NCBI GenBank assembly: GCA_038146985.1
Contig: JAYQSQ010000018.1
Coordinates: 133,349 to 197,348 of the forward strand
Direction of reading: 5' to 3'
Source: Alphaproteobacteria bacterium
GTDB taxonomy: Bacteria; Pseudomonadota; Alphaproteobacteria; Thalassobaculales; Thalassobaculaceae
DNA length: 64,000 nt
This document shows positions 22,287-32,379 of the stretch, piece after piece. Position numbers and translations under genes: made by a program. Position 1 is the stretch's first letter, and the number at the start of each line of letters is the position of its first letter. The notes under the pieces are model-generated. The model saw only the letters and a program-made list of their open reading frames with translations, was not told the DNA's origin and made no database searches.

Positions 22287-23128
22287 TGCAGGCGCATTCC
22301 GCGGGCTGTTCGCTCGTAGTGTCGGAAGTATCGCCCCGCCAGGCTTTCCATCCGAACAACAATGCAGACATCGGTCGTGTTGAACTGCTCATCGATGACG
22401 GCGCCGTCACCGACCCAGCCGCCCAGCCGCAGATATCCTTTGATCAAAGGAGGAAGCGCGGCGGCGGCGCGTTTCTCATCGATATCGGCCTTGGGTAGAA
22501 AGTTCATGTCGACATAGTGGTCCGGCAATGCCCGGGGCCGAAGCTCCTCGGGGGCGAGATGGCTGTGATGAAGATAGGAGAGAGCCTCTCCATGGGCCAG
22601 CGGGTCGCATCCGGGCAGACTCGCGCAACCGAACATCAGCTGGATCTTGTGCTCGAAAGCATAAGCCGCGAGGCCTTGCCATAACAGCGACATTGTCGCC
22701 CGGGAGCGGAACTCCCGATCGACGCATGACCGACCGAGTTCCAATATCTCTCCCTTGGCATTAGTCAGTTTCGAGATGTCGTATTCGCGCGACGTATAGT
22801 AGCCGCCGGTGTTTTCCGACAGCTTCCGGCGCAGCAGGCGGTAGGTACCAACCACCAGACCGCCTCGGGAATGATCGACCACAAGAAGATGTTCCGCCTG
22901 CTCATCGAAAGCGTCCCGATCGAGCTTCAATATGGCGGTTTCCTGGGACGGCTTGGCGCCCATCTCCTCGTAGAAGACCCGGTACCTCAATTCCTGTGCC
23001 GCCTCGATATCGTGTTTTCCACTGGCGAGACGCACTTCGATGGAGCCTAGACTGAGCGATCCCGGCAGCAGACCATTCGCCGGGACCGACGCACTTTGAT
23101 GCGCGTTGACTTCCGTTGCCGTGACCAT
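22283..23128 (-). CDS. olsB: ornithine-lipid N-acyltransferase-like (GNAT/hemolysin-like family)
   Basis: LGSIEVRLASGKHDIEAAQELRYRVFYEEMGA...LLVVDH...VGTYRLL...ELGRSCVDREFR is typical of OlsB-type acyltransferases. Start set at MVTATEV (23128). Confidence 0.7.
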   Translation of the reverse strand: MVTATEVNAHQSASVPANGLLPGSLSLGSIEVRLASGKHDIEAAQELRYRVFYEEMGAKPSQETAILKLDRDAFDEQAEHLLVVDHSRGGLVVGTYRLLRRKLSENTGGYYTSREYDISKLTNAKGEILELGRSCVDREFRSRATMSLLWQGLAAYAFEHKIQLMFGCASLPGCDPLAHGEALSYLHHSHLAPEELRPRALPDHYVDMNFLPKADIDEKRAAAALPPLIKGYLRLGGWVGDGAVIDEQFNTTDVCIVVRMESLAGRYFRHYERTARGMRLQ

Positions 23129-23376
23129 GGAACCCTTTCTAGTTTCGAGTGGAGTACACAAGCAGTTGAAGAGGTAAGGCGAGAGGTGCGTTCGGTCCAA
23201 GTCTCGCGCGGCCCGGTTATTCGTTCGGATCGCGGAATACCGAGAATGCCAGTAGCCTTTTGCGATACAGGATGACCATAGCAAGAGATCATTACGGAAA
23301 AGCGAGCGCCTGATTATGAATTTGAAATATTTCCACAGCTATCGATCGGCGCCGGGTTCGTCTCTCGGAATAGAAG

Positions 23377-23400
23377 AACCCGCCCCAAGGGAGGCGGGTT
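23377..23400 (-). terminator. hairpin downstream of mucR (possible intrinsic terminator)
   Basis: AACCCGCC-8 nt-GGCGGGTT, followed on the minus strand by CTTCTATT, 54 nt after the mucR stop. Confidence 0.5.
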
Positions 23401-23453
23401 CCACCTAATTCACTATTGCTCCCTGCACCCGGTCTGGGCCGGGCCGGGGACTG

Positions 23454-23888
23454 TTAGCGCCGGGAGCGGCGGCGCCCGGAATTGCCAAGACCGATTTCCT
23501 TCGCCAGCTTGCTGCGCTGCTTGGCGTAATTCGGCGCCACCATCGGATAGGTGCCCGGAAGTCCCCAGCGTTCGCGATATTCCTCGGGGGTCATGTTATA
23601 GGCCGTCTTAAGGTGTCTCTTCAGCATCTTGAGACGCTTGCCGTCTTCGAGGCAGATGATGTAATCCGGCGTGACGGATTTGTTGATCGGAACCACCGGT
23701 TTCGGCGTTTCGGGTTTCGCTGGCTCGGCGATCCCCAGGCCAGTCAAAGCCGCATAGACCCGGTCTATCAGTTGCGGCAAGTCTTCGGAGGACACAGTGT
23801 TGTTCGACACATAGGCCGAGACCACTTCCACTGTATATTCAATTCGATCGTTTTCTTCCGCATCCGCGACCATATTTTTCAGTCCCAT
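23454..23888 (-). CDS. mucR: MucR/Ros family zinc-finger transcriptional regulator
   Basis: PDYIICLEDGKRLKMLKRHLKTAYNMTPEEYRERWGLPGTYPMVAPNYAKQRSKLAKEIGLG is the Ros/MucR C2H2-like DNA-binding domain. 144 aa. Confidence 0.9.
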   Translation of the reverse strand: MGLKNMVADAEENDRIEYTVEVVSAYVSNNTVSSEDLPQLIDRVYAALTGLGIAEPAKPETPKPVVPINKSVTPDYIICLEDGKRLKMLKRHLKTAYNMTPEEYRERWGLPGTYPMVAPNYAKQRSKLAKEIGLGNSGRRRSRR

Positions 23889-24220
23889 AATAATGATCGT
23901 AACAACTTCCTGCGTCCTCTTATGGCAAGCTTATTGCAAAAGCAACATAAAAAACATGGAGGATTTCTGAAGATACAATTCTGGCCGAAATCTTTTACAC
24001 TGATCTAAATTCTCAACAATATCTGAAATAAACTAAGTTACATTCGATCTAAATTCATTATTGAACAAAAATTGCATCAATAATATAATAAAAACATTTT
24101 GTTTATTTATAAATATTAAATAATGACTCAATAATATTTGATGTATTGGTAAATCTTTAAGGGCGCAGTTTCACGTATTTCATTTGGCCGTCGCTTGTCA
24201 TCGTCATTCTTTGCGTCGAA
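23889..24220. promoter_or_regulatory. strongly AT-rich intergenic region holding the mucR promoter/operator candidates
   Basis: The most AT-rich stretch in the window (runs such as aataatataataaaaacattttgtttatttataaatattaaataatg). 11-bp direct repeat GATCTAAATTC at 24003-24013 and 24047-24057. Confidence 0.5.
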
Positions 24221-24805
24221 TCAATATCTTGACCAACATCGGTGATAATTCCCGCTGGCTGAGGGAGAATTTCCGGACGATCGCTTTTCAGCTTTTATAC
24301 GTTGTAATAAGGACCGGGAGATTTCGGCGCGTAGCACCAATGCGTTGTGAATCGTCCGGTTATTCATCGTATAATAGTTGTGCCGAGTGCCGAATTTCTC
24401 GAATCCGACGCGGCTATAGAAAGCAATTGCCGCCCGATTCGTTTCACTCACTTCCAGAAAAACAGTGTTCACCCGTTTTGAATTCATGAAATACAGGGTT
24501 CGTTCCAATAGAGTTCTAGCGATCCCGCGCCGGCGGAATCCGTCTTGGACCGCAATCGAAAGTATTTCGCCTTCGTCCGCCATGGTGCGGAACAGCACGT
24601 ATCCCAGGAAACGTGCCGGCGCGCCGTGGCGTGCCTGAACTAACGCGAACCCTCGCATGCCCGCGGACCGGAGCATGGCGTTGATGTCGCGTGCGCTCCA
24701 AGACATGCCGAGACGATGATCCTGAAGCGAGGCGATTTGTGCCGACAGGCGGGGGCCGGGGCGCGTGACCGGCCGGATCGCACGGCCATATTGCAATGGA
24801 TTCAT
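24221..24805 (-). CDS. rimI: ribosomal-protein-alanine N-acetyltransferase (GNAT)
   Basis: GEILSIAVQDGFRRRGIARTLLERTL...VFLEVSETNRAAIAFYSRVGFE (acetyl-CoA motif). ATGA overlap with tsaB, the usual tsaB-rimI pairing. Has a C-terminal extension of about 30 aa. Confidence 0.8.
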   Translation of the reverse strand: MNPLQYGRAIRPVTRPGPRLSAQIASLQDHRLGMSWSARDINAMLRSAGMRGFALVQARHGAPARFLGYVLFRTMADEGEILSIAVQDGFRRRGIARTLLERTLYFMNSKRVNTVFLEVSETNRAAIAFYSRVGFEKFGTRHNYYTMNNRTIHNALVLRAEISRSLLQRIKAEKRSSGNSPSASGNYHRCWSRY

Positions 24806-25515
24806 GCGCCGAGCGTCGTTGCCGGCGGCCGCAAGTAAAGCGGCGTCAGTCCGGGCGTGTAGGCGCTCGTCGCTGCTTGGCCCAATGCCATCTTGTCCAG
24901 CGCCAGCGCCGCGACGTCCCGGGCGTCGGGTGGTTCGGCGGGGCCGATCTCGACCCGCGCGCGGCTTCTGGCGGCCGGTTCTTGAAGGGCGGGAACCACG
25001 AGCTCGGCGGCATCGCCAGATACGTAAACGATGCCACCGTCCTTGAACATGGCGCCCAGCCGATCGCCGATGAGCGCGGGCGTCAGCGCCTGGGCTTGGA
25101 ACAAAACGCTTCCCGCGCCGTCACGTGCCTGGACAAATACTTCCTCGCGTTTGCTGGCCAGGGCGAGAAGCAGCAGGTCGAAGGATCCCGATCCGGCGGC
25201 GGTGCGCGCACGCTGGGCGACGGCATCGAAGCATGAAATGCCGATCAGCGGACGATCCGCAGCGAGGGCCAGGCCTTTTGCGGCCGCCATCGCGATTCGC
25301 AGCCCCGTGAAGGAGCCTGGGCCGGTCGAGACCGCGATCGCGTCAAGCTTCCGCACCGATACTTTCGCATTCTTCAGTACCGCTGCGACCATCGGCAGCA
25401 AAGCTGCCGCGTGCCCTCGGGTCATTGTCAGCATGTCGGCGCAAACGGTATTCCCATCCCGCACGATCGCGGCTGAGCAGGCGGCGCTTGAACAGTCGAT
25501 TCCCAAGATCAGCAT
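24802..25515 (-). CDS. tsaB: tRNA threonylcarbamoyladenosine biosynthesis protein TsaB
   Basis: MLILGIDCSSAACSAAIV...LDAIAVSTGPGSFTGLRIAMAAAKGLA. The 460-aa ORF in the track is an upstream extension with no homology I recognise. Confidence 0.85.
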   Translation of the reverse strand: MLILGIDCSSAACSAAIVRDGNTVCADMLTMTRGHAAALLPMVAAVLKNAKVSVRKLDAIAVSTGPGSFTGLRIAMAAAKGLALAADRPLIGISCFDAVAQRARTAAGSGSFDLLLLALASKREEVFVQARDGAGSVLFQAQALTPALIGDRLGAMFKDGGIVYVSGDAAELVVPALQEPAARSRARVEIGPAEPPDARDVAALALDKMALGQAATSAYTPGLTPLYLRPPATTLGA

Positions 25516-25650
25516 GACGATCCGACCAAAGCAAAAGGCGCGCGCGTCCCCGGCGGGGCGGGTAAGCGATTGTTCAAGGCTATGGAACGTTCTGGCATGC
25601 ACCTTGTATACTGCGATCCGGGTAAATTTGTCCCCTCTCGTTGAATAAGG

Positions 25651-26739
25651 ATGGCAAGAGTGATCAACGGGCATGTGACCGGCGCCCAAATGGCCGACGC
25701 GCGCAAAGGTGGCGGAATGGGCGCTCTCGCGGGGCTTCTTCTGACGGGAATGGCCTGGGCCTGGGGAGCAATCGGCGCGTCCGAGGCGTTGGCGCAGGAT
25801 TCTGCCGCAGTGGTCCTCATGTATCACCGATTCGGCGAGTCCGACTATCCCTCCACCAATATCCGGATTGATCAGTTCGAGGCCCATCTGGAGGAGCTTA
25901 AGAACCGCCGATACACGGTCCTGCCGGTTTCCGAAATCGTCGACAAGGTCGGGCGTGGAGAGCCGTTGCCGGATCGCACGGTGGGCATCACCATCGACGA
26001 TGCCTATGCTTCGGTTTACGAACAGGCTTGGCCGCGCCTGCAGGCCGCGAATTTTCCTTTTACGCTTTTCGTTGCCACGGATGCTTTGGATCGGGCGTTG
26101 CCCGGCTTCATGACGTGGGATCAGGTTCGCGAGTTGGCCAAGGCGGGTGTGACGATCGGCAGCCAGACCAAGTCGCATCCTCATCTACCGGGGGTTCCCC
26201 CCGAAACCGTCAAGCAGGAGTTGGATGCCTCGAACGCCCGCTTCGTCGCTGAACTTGGAGAAAGACCGGCGCTTTTCGCCTATCCGTATGGCGAATTCGA
26301 CCTGAGCAGCCGCGAATTGGTGATCGATCGCGGTTTCAAGGCGGCCTTTGGGCAGCATTCGGGCGTCATGCACACGGTCCTCGATGATTTCGCGCTGCCG
26401 CGTTTCGCCTTGAATGAACGGTTTGGGGGGATCGATCGTTTCCGGCTGATCGCGAACGCGCTCCCCTTGCCGGTGACGGATGTGTTGCCGGTAAATCCGG
26501 TCCTGGGGGACAATCCGCCGGCGCTCGGCTTCACCGTCGCTCCGGAGATTTCGGGCCTCGAGGGCCTAGCCTGTTTCGCATCGAGCGAGGGTGAGGTTCG
26601 GCTCGAACGATTGGAACGGCGGGTTGAAGTGAGGTTCCAGGAGCCCTTCCCACCTGGACGGTCACGGGTCAATTGCACCATGCCCGGTCCCGAGGACCGG
26701 TGGCGTTGGTTCGGTATGCAGTTCGTGGTCCTGCGATAG
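25651..26739 (+). CDS. secreted polysaccharide deacetylase (NodB-homology) family protein
   Basis: Signal-like N-terminus, then VVLMYHRFGE...VGITIDDAYASVYEQAWPRLQAANFPFTLFV...SHPHL. Confidence 0.8.
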   Translation: MARVINGHVTGAQMADARKGGGMGALAGLLLTGMAWAWGAIGASEALAQDSAAVVLMYHRFGESDYPSTNIRIDQFEAHLEELKNRRYTVLPVSEIVDKVGRGEPLPDRTVGITIDDAYASVYEQAWPRLQAANFPFTLFVATDALDRALPGFMTWDQVRELAKAGVTIGSQTKSHPHLPGVPPETVKQELDASNARFVAELGERPALFAYPYGEFDLSSRELVIDRGFKAAFGQHSGVMHTVLDDFALPRFALNERFGGIDRFRLIANALPLPVTDVLPVNPVLGDNPPALGFTVAPEISGLEGLACFASSEGEVRLERLERRVEVRFQEPFPPGRSRVNCTMPGPEDRWRWFGMQFVVLR

Positions 26740-26772
26740 AACCGGAAGCCCGCCAAGCCGGCTGCCGATCGC

Positions 26773-27813
26773 TCAACTGCCGGGTTCGGCTCGCCGGGTT
26801 GTGTCGGTCACGGCGGCAAACCGGGCGGTCTCGAAATCTCCGAAGCCGTTGATGCGGATGATGGAGCGGATCTTTTCGATGTATTCCGCCCCCTCTTCGG
26901 AATACTTCCCGAGATGTCCGGTCAGCACGTGACCCCACGTCCCGTCCGGAGACCCGTCCCGCCTGAGTTGCGCGCGGGCGGCCCGGAATTCCTGATAATG
27001 CTCGCTGACGTTCAGATTGTGCACATAGGCACGCACCGAGTTGGCGAGGCGCTTGAAGGCGCGGACCGCGTGAGTGCGGCCTTCTTCACGCTCGCCAGGC
27101 ACGATCCCAGCGTCTTCGTCCCAGGTCCATTGGCCGAAAAGCGCATTGCCTCGACGCGCGAAACGCGAGGTGCCCCATCCGCTTTCCGCCGCCGACTGGG
27201 CCAAGGCAAGGGAAACCGGGATCGCGTCGACCCTGCGGTGAAGCGTCTCGAGTGTGTCGGCATCGAGGGCGCCAATCCCGGCTTCGGGCTCGATGACCTT
27301 GTAGTGACGTGCCAGGCGAAGCAACCATCGCTGGTCCGCCGCGGCCAGACCATCGAGGGATTCGTCCATGAGGCGTGTCAGCCGCGCGCGTTGGTCAAGA
27401 ACCATTGAATTGTGGTTCACGATCAGTGGCAGGACGATGCCGAGGAAAAGGTCCTTGCGCTCCTGTACGGACTCGATCGCCGCCAGATCAGCGGGAAGCG
27501 CCGCGAGGAACAAGGGCGGGACCGCGGCCTCGCCGACTCGGATCGCCTCTGGATCGAAACTGGATTTTTCTAAAAGCCGCTTGAGTGTTTCGGTGCTTCG
27601 CACATGAGCGACAGACACTCTGAGGCCTTTGGCGGGATCGTCGGACAGGCCGAACCCGGTGCTCGATCGTTCCCGGGCCGGGATGAAACGAAGCGATCCT
27701 TCCGGCGCAAGGAAGACAACAGCCAGCGTACCCAAGAAACTGAGAGCCAGGAATCCGAGGAGAAAACGCTCAATACGTCCGAGAGGCCCCGACTTTTGAG
27801 AGCTTTGACCCAT
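26773..27813 (-). CDS. glucosaminidase-domain protein (Bax/FlgJ-like muramidase domain)
   Basis: N-terminal TM segment. ALAQSAAESGWGTSRFARRGNALFGQWTW is the mannosyl-glycoprotein endo-beta-N-acetylglucosaminidase-type motif. Confidence 0.7.
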   Translation of the reverse strand: MGQSSQKSGPLGRIERFLLGFLALSFLGTLAVVFLAPEGSLRFIPARERSSTGFGLSDDPAKGLRVSVAHVRSTETLKRLLEKSSFDPEAIRVGEAAVPPLFLAALPADLAAIESVQERKDLFLGIVLPLIVNHNSMVLDQRARLTRLMDESLDGLAAADQRWLLRLARHYKVIEPEAGIGALDADTLETLHRRVDAIPVSLALAQSAAESGWGTSRFARRGNALFGQWTWDEDAGIVPGEREEGRTHAVRAFKRLANSVRAYVHNLNVSEHYQEFRAARAQLRRDGSPDGTWGHVLTGHLGKYSEEGAEYIEKIRSIIRINGFGDFETARFAAVTDTTRRAEPGS

Positions 27814-27849
27814 CTTTCCCCATGTTTCGCCCTTCGGCGATCATCTGCT

Positions 27850-28413
27850 CTAGAACATCCCCGAGGCGCGCACTTCACGCACTTCTGGAATGTAGTGGCG
27901 CAGCATGTTCTCGATTCCCATCTTCAGGGTCGCCGTCGAACTCGGGCACCCCGCGCAGGCACCGCGCATCTGCAAGGTGACAACCCCGTTTTCGAACCCT
28001 TCGAAAACAATGTCGCCGCCATCCTGGGCGACCGCCGGGCGGACCCGGGAATAGAGCAGTTCCTTGATCTGCGAGACGACCTCGTCGTCGTCCTCCTCGA
28101 TGCCGTCGCCGGCGCCGTCCGGAGCATCCGACAGAATGACCGGCCGGCCCGCCGTGAAATGTTCCATGATCACGCCGAGAATACCGGGCTTCATCAGGTG
28201 CCAGTCCTTGTCGTCGCGCTTGGCCACCGTGATGAAATCGTCCGCCAGGAACACGCCGACGACCCCGTCGACATTGAACAGCGCCTGGGCGAGGGGCGAC
28301 CTGCCGGCTTCTTCCTCGCTCCGGTAATCGACACTGCCGCCGGGCAGAACGTCGCGGCCCGGAAGAAATTTCATTGTCGCCGGATTGGGCGTGTCCTCGG
28401 TCTGGATGAACAT
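27850..28413 (-). CDS. NifU/Nfu-type iron-sulfur cluster assembly protein
   Basis: MFIQTEDTPNPATMKFLPG (Nfu N-domain) and a C-terminal GVVTLQMRGACAGCPSSTATLK CxxC motif. Confidence 0.85.
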   Translation of the reverse strand: MFIQTEDTPNPATMKFLPGRDVLPGGSVDYRSEEEAGRSPLAQALFNVDGVVGVFLADDFITVAKRDDKDWHLMKPGILGVIMEHFTAGRPVILSDAPDGAGDGIEEDDDEVVSQIKELLYSRVRPAVAQDGGDIVFEGFENGVVTLQMRGACAGCPSSTATLKMGIENMLRHYIPEVREVRASGMF

Positions 28414-28485
28414 GTCTGGCTCCTTCGCCGGGCCTCGGGCCCATGTATCTGGTCGCCGCATATGTGGCAGCAAACCCCGTGATGA

Positions 28486-29646
28486 TCAAGGGGAGGGCGT
28501 GGGGCGCCGTCCCGCCACAGTGCCGTAGAGCTCCAGGACCGTCTTGTGGATATGCCCGACGGAAAGCCGTTCCACCGCGTCCTCGCGCGCGGCCTTGGCG
28601 AAGCGTTTGCGCAAATCGGGCTCAAAGGCCAAGGTTTCGATTGCGCCGGCCAGCGCCACCGGATCTCGGGGCGGGACCAGCAGTCCCGACCGCCGGTCAA
28701 GCACTGCGTCCCTGCAGCCCTGAACATCGGTCGCGATCAGGGCGCGTCCACAAGCTGCCGCCTCGGCGAGGCTCATGCCGAAGCCCTCGCGATAGGAGGG
28801 CAGTATGGCGAGGTGGGAATCGCGCCAGACTCCGGCGATGTCGTCGGTCCAGGGCCGGATGTCGAGGAAGTCCTCGTGCTGCCAGGACGCCAGTTCCCGC
28901 GCGCCGATGCTTGCGGGATTGCTGGGATCGGGAGCGCCGACCAGGCGGAGGGTGATTGGCGCCCCGCGCCTGTTCAATAACCGGCCCGCGGCGACCAGAT
29001 CGCGCAACCCCTTGTCGCGCAGAAAACGGCCGACATAGGTGGCGACGATCGGGCGGCCATCGGGCTCGGGTTCCGGTACCAGCCGATCCGTGTCGACACC
29101 GGTCCCCGGAAGCACGGTGACCGCGCTCGGCTCGATCCGCGCCAGGGCGGCGATCTCCACCCGGTCGTCACGGTTCATCACCGCGACGCCGGCCGTTTCG
29201 CCGGCGAGTGCGTTGGCGAGCGCCCTCGATACCAGCGGACGCAGGACCCTTGCCTTTACGCTCGAGGATGTGAAGACATGGCCGAATCCCGGCAGAAAAT
29301 TCACACGCGCCGCGATACCCGCGGCCCGGGCCGCCGCCTGGCCATGGATGATCGGCTTCAAGGCAATATGGTGGACGATATCGGGGCACAGCTCCCGATA
29401 GGCCTTAGTGATCTGCCGCCGGGTCGCCAGATCCTTGAAGGGATCGATGCCGGATCGGGCGAAGGCGATCTCGTGGTGGATGATTCCGGCGGCCTGGATC
29501 GCGGCGGCGGCCTCGGGGCCGCGTTCGCCCGTCCGGCACAGCACGTGAACGTCGTATCCCGCGTCCCGCGCCGCCGTCGCCAGCACCAGGAAATGCTGAC
29601 GGAAGTACCAGTCCTCGGTGATCAGAAAGGCGAGGCGCGCCGCCAC
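28486..29646 (-). CDS. glycosyltransferase family 4 (GT-B)
   Basis: FVGRFLRDKGL...LRLVG...PSYREGFGMSLAEAAACGRALIATDVQGCRDAV is the EX7E-type GT4 C-terminal domain. Confidence 0.8.
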   Translation of the reverse strand: MAARLAFLITEDWYFRQHFLVLATAARDAGYDVHVLCRTGERGPEAAAAIQAAGIIHHEIAFARSGIDPFKDLATRRQITKAYRELCPDIVHHIALKPIIHGQAAARAAGIAARVNFLPGFGHVFTSSSVKARVLRPLVSRALANALAGETAGVAVMNRDDRVEIAALARIEPSAVTVLPGTGVDTDRLVPEPEPDGRPIVATYVGRFLRDKGLRDLVAAGRLLNRRGAPITLRLVGAPDPSNPASIGARELASWQHEDFLDIRPWTDDIAGVWRDSHLAILPSYREGFGMSLAEAAACGRALIATDVQGCRDAVLDRRSGLLVPPRDPVALAGAIETLAFEPDLRKRFAKAAREDAVERLSVGHIHKTVLELYGTVAGRRPTPSP

Positions 29647-29650
29647 CGGA

Positions 29651-30649
29651 TCACGGCCTCAGGAAACCCACGATATCCTGCGCCTCGCGGACGATCGGCT
29701 GGGCAATGGCGCGGGCTTTCTCGGCCCCGCGCCGAAGGATCGCGTCGACCTCGTCCGGCGCAGCCATCAGGCGCTTCATCTCGTCGCCGATCGGCCCGAG
29801 GGTGGCGACCGCGAGTTCCGAGAGCGCACCCTTGAAGTCGCCGAAACCCTTGCCCGCGAACTCTGCCACCACACTCTCCACCGTGCGGTCCGACAGCGCC
29901 GCATAGATGGTGACCAGATTGGCCGCCTCGGGCCGCCCCTCAAGGCCCTTGACGGAGTCGGGCAGCGGATGCGGGTCGGTCTTGGCGCGCCGGATCTTCT
30001 GGGCGATCTCGTCCGGGCCGTCGGTCATGTTGATGCGGGAAAAATCGGACGGGTCCGACTTGCTCATCTTCCTGGTGCCGTCGCGCAAACTCATGATCCG
30101 GGCCGCTTCGGCCTGGATGCGGGGTTCGGGCAAGGGGAAGAAGTCGACATTGAACATCGAGTTGAAGGCCTGGGCGATGTCCCGTGAAAGCTCGATATGC
30201 TGCTTCTGGTCCTCGCCGACCGGCACGTCGGTCGCTTTATAGGCCAGGATGTCGGCGGCCTGCAGGACCGGGTAGGTGTAGAGACCCACAAAAGCGCCGT
30301 CCCGGTCCTTTCCCGCCTTGTCCTTGAATTGGGTCATGCGGTTGAGCCAGCCCATCCGGGCGACGCAGTTAAAGACCCAAGTCAGTTCCGCGTGTTCCGG
30401 AACCTGGCTCTGATTGAAGATGATGCAATGGTCGGGATCGACGCCGCCGGCGATCACGCCCGCCGCTACCTCCCTGGTTGCCCGGCGCAAGGCGTCCGGA
30501 TCCTGCTGCAGGGTGATGGCATGCAAGTCGACGACGCAAAAGATGCATTCATAGTCCTTCTGCATCCGCGCCCAGTTGCGGATCGCGCCGAGATAATTGC
30601 CGAGCTGCAGGTTTCCGGAGGGCTGAATGCCCGAGAAGATCCGGTTCAT
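29651..30649 (-). CDS. trpS: tryptophan-tRNA ligase
   Basis: [19 protein letters not shown] (HIGH-like) and KMSKS (RKMSKSDP). 332 aa. Confidence 0.95.
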   Translation of the reverse strand: MNRIFSGIQPSGNLQLGNYLGAIRNWARMQKDYECIFCVVDLHAITLQQDPDALRRATREVAAGVIAGGVDPDHCIIFNQSQVPEHAELTWVFNCVARMGWLNRMTQFKDKAGKDRDGAFVGLYTYPVLQAADILAYKATDVPVGEDQKQHIELSRDIAQAFNSMFNVDFFPLPEPRIQAEAARIMSLRDGTRKMSKSDPSDFSRINMTDGPDEIAQKIRRAKTDPHPLPDSVKGLEGRPEAANLVTIYAALSDRTVESVVAEFAGKGFGDFKGALSELAVATLGPIGDEMKRLMAAPDEVDAILRRGAEKARAIAQPIVREAQDIVGFLRP

Positions 30650-30735
30650 GGATGCGATCCCCGTTGCGGTAGCGATGCGCGGGACTTATCGCGGCGGCAC
30701 GGGTTCCGGTCAAGGGGTCTGGCGCCCGAGGGGCT

Positions 30736-32292
30736 TCAGGACCGGCCGGCCCGGCGGCGCAGCGCGTCCCGGATCTCGTCAAACCGCACCGCGCCGAACA
30801 AAGCAGCCGCGATCGCGTAGACCGCCGCGCCACCGGCCACAAGGCCGATCAGAGCCGAGATGAGTTGTCCCGGACCGCCGGTGAGCCATTCCCGGACAAA
30901 CTCCAAAGCACCAATCAGACCCAGCGCCATGACGATCGCGGCGGCAAAGGTACGGGCGATCCTCGAAAGGGCCCGGTTGTCGACGCTGTAGAACCCGCGC
31001 CAATTCAGTAACAGGGCCAGGATCGCCGTGTTCGCCCAGGCCGAGATCGCGGTCGCCATCGCCAGGCCGACATGGGCGAAATGCTGCATGAGAATGAGAT
31101 TGAGAACGAGGTTCAGGACGACGGCGAACGCGGCGACCTTCACCGGCGTGGCGGTGTCCTGGCGGGCGAAAAATCCCGGCTGAAACACCTTGATCAGAAC
31201 GAAGGCGGGCAATCCCGCGGCATAGGCGACCAGGGCAAGCGCCGTCTGACCGGCGGCCTCGGCACCGAAGGCACCGCGCTGAAAAAGCGCCCTGATGATC
31301 GGCTCCGCGAGCACCATCAGGCCGGCGGCGGCGGGCAGCGTCAGCAGCATGCCGAGTTCAAGCGCGCGGTTCTGGCTGTCTCGGGCCTCTGCGTCCTTGC
31401 CGGCGCGGATTTGCCGGGAAAGGCTCGGCAGCAGCGCCGTGCCGATCGCCACGCCGACCACCCCGAGCGGCAATTGGTTGACCCGGTCGGCGTAATAGAG
31501 GAACGACACCGATCCGGTCGGCAGGGTCGAGGCCAGAATCACGTCGATCAGCAGATTGATCTGCACCACGGCGGCGCCCAGCATGGCCGGCAGCATCAGC
31601 CGGAACAGCCTTGCGATCCGGGGCGTCCAGCGCGGCCAGCGCCATCGCGGCAGCACCTCGGACCGCCGGCACGCTTCGAGCAACCACAGGAACTGCGCCA
31701 ATCCGGCGACCGCGACTCCCCAGGCAAGGACGTGTCCTGGCGTTCGAAGCGCATCGGCGAAGACCGCGAGGGAGGTGATCAGGATCAGATTCAGCAGGAT
31801 CGGTGCCGATGCCATGGCGGCGAACCTGCCGATGCTGTTGAGGACACCGCCAAGCAAGGCGACGAGCGAGATCAGCGGCAGATAGACGAATGTCAGCCGG
31901 GTCAGTTCCACCGCCAGTTCAAATCGCTCCGGCGTATCGACAAAGCCCGGCGCCAGGACGGTCATGACCTCTGGCATGAACAGGATCACCGCGACCCAGA
32001 AGGCCAGCAGGACCGCCGCCATCACCGCGAAGGCCTCTTCGGCGAAGCGAATCGCGACCGTCTTGCCGTCGCTCTCCAAAAGCCCGGCAAAGATCGGGAC
32101 GAAGGCGACGGTGAAGGAACCTTCGGCGGTCAGCCGGCGAAAGAAGTTCGGCAACTTGAAGGCGACGAAGAACGCATCGGCGACCGGTCCGGCGCCGAGA
32201 AGCGCCGCGATCAGGATGTCGCGCAGGAAGCCGGTCACCCGGCTGATCATCGTGAAGCCACTGACCGTGGCGACGGCGCGAAGTATCGACAT
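30736..32292 (-). CDS. murJ: lipid II flippase MurJ
   Basis: SRVTGFLRDILIAALLGAGPVADAFFVAFKLPNFFRRLTAEGSF N-terminus. 14-TM-like profile, 518 aa. Confidence 0.93.
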   Translation of the reverse strand: MSILRAVATVSGFTMISRVTGFLRDILIAALLGAGPVADAFFVAFKLPNFFRRLTAEGSFTVAFVPIFAGLLESDGKTVAIRFAEEAFAVMAAVLLAFWVAVILFMPEVMTVLAPGFVDTPERFELAVELTRLTFVYLPLISLVALLGGVLNSIGRFAAMASAPILLNLILITSLAVFADALRTPGHVLAWGVAVAGLAQFLWLLEACRRSEVLPRWRWPRWTPRIARLFRLMLPAMLGAAVVQINLLIDVILASTLPTGSVSFLYYADRVNQLPLGVVGVAIGTALLPSLSRQIRAGKDAEARDSQNRALELGMLLTLPAAAGLMVLAEPIIRALFQRGAFGAEAAGQTALALVAYAAGLPAFVLIKVFQPGFFARQDTATPVKVAAFAVVLNLVLNLILMQHFAHVGLAMATAISAWANTAILALLLNWRGFYSVDNRALSRIARTFAAAIVMALGLIGALEFVREWLTGGPGQLISALIGLVAGGAAVYAIAAALFGAVRFDEIRDALRRRAGRS

Positions 32293-32379
32293 GTTCAGCG
32301 GTTTAGGTGATTCGAGCGACCTCGGGAAGCAAACCCGTGAATTATGGCGCCTGCGCGGCGGAAGCGTGGAACTTGCGGG

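Noticed and set aside
25516-26184. The N-terminal 220 aa of the 460-aa ORF containing tsaB.
   Set aside because: It overlaps the divergent polysaccharide deacetylase gene and has no recognisable domain. The TsaB N-terminus MLILGIDCSS starts at 25515.
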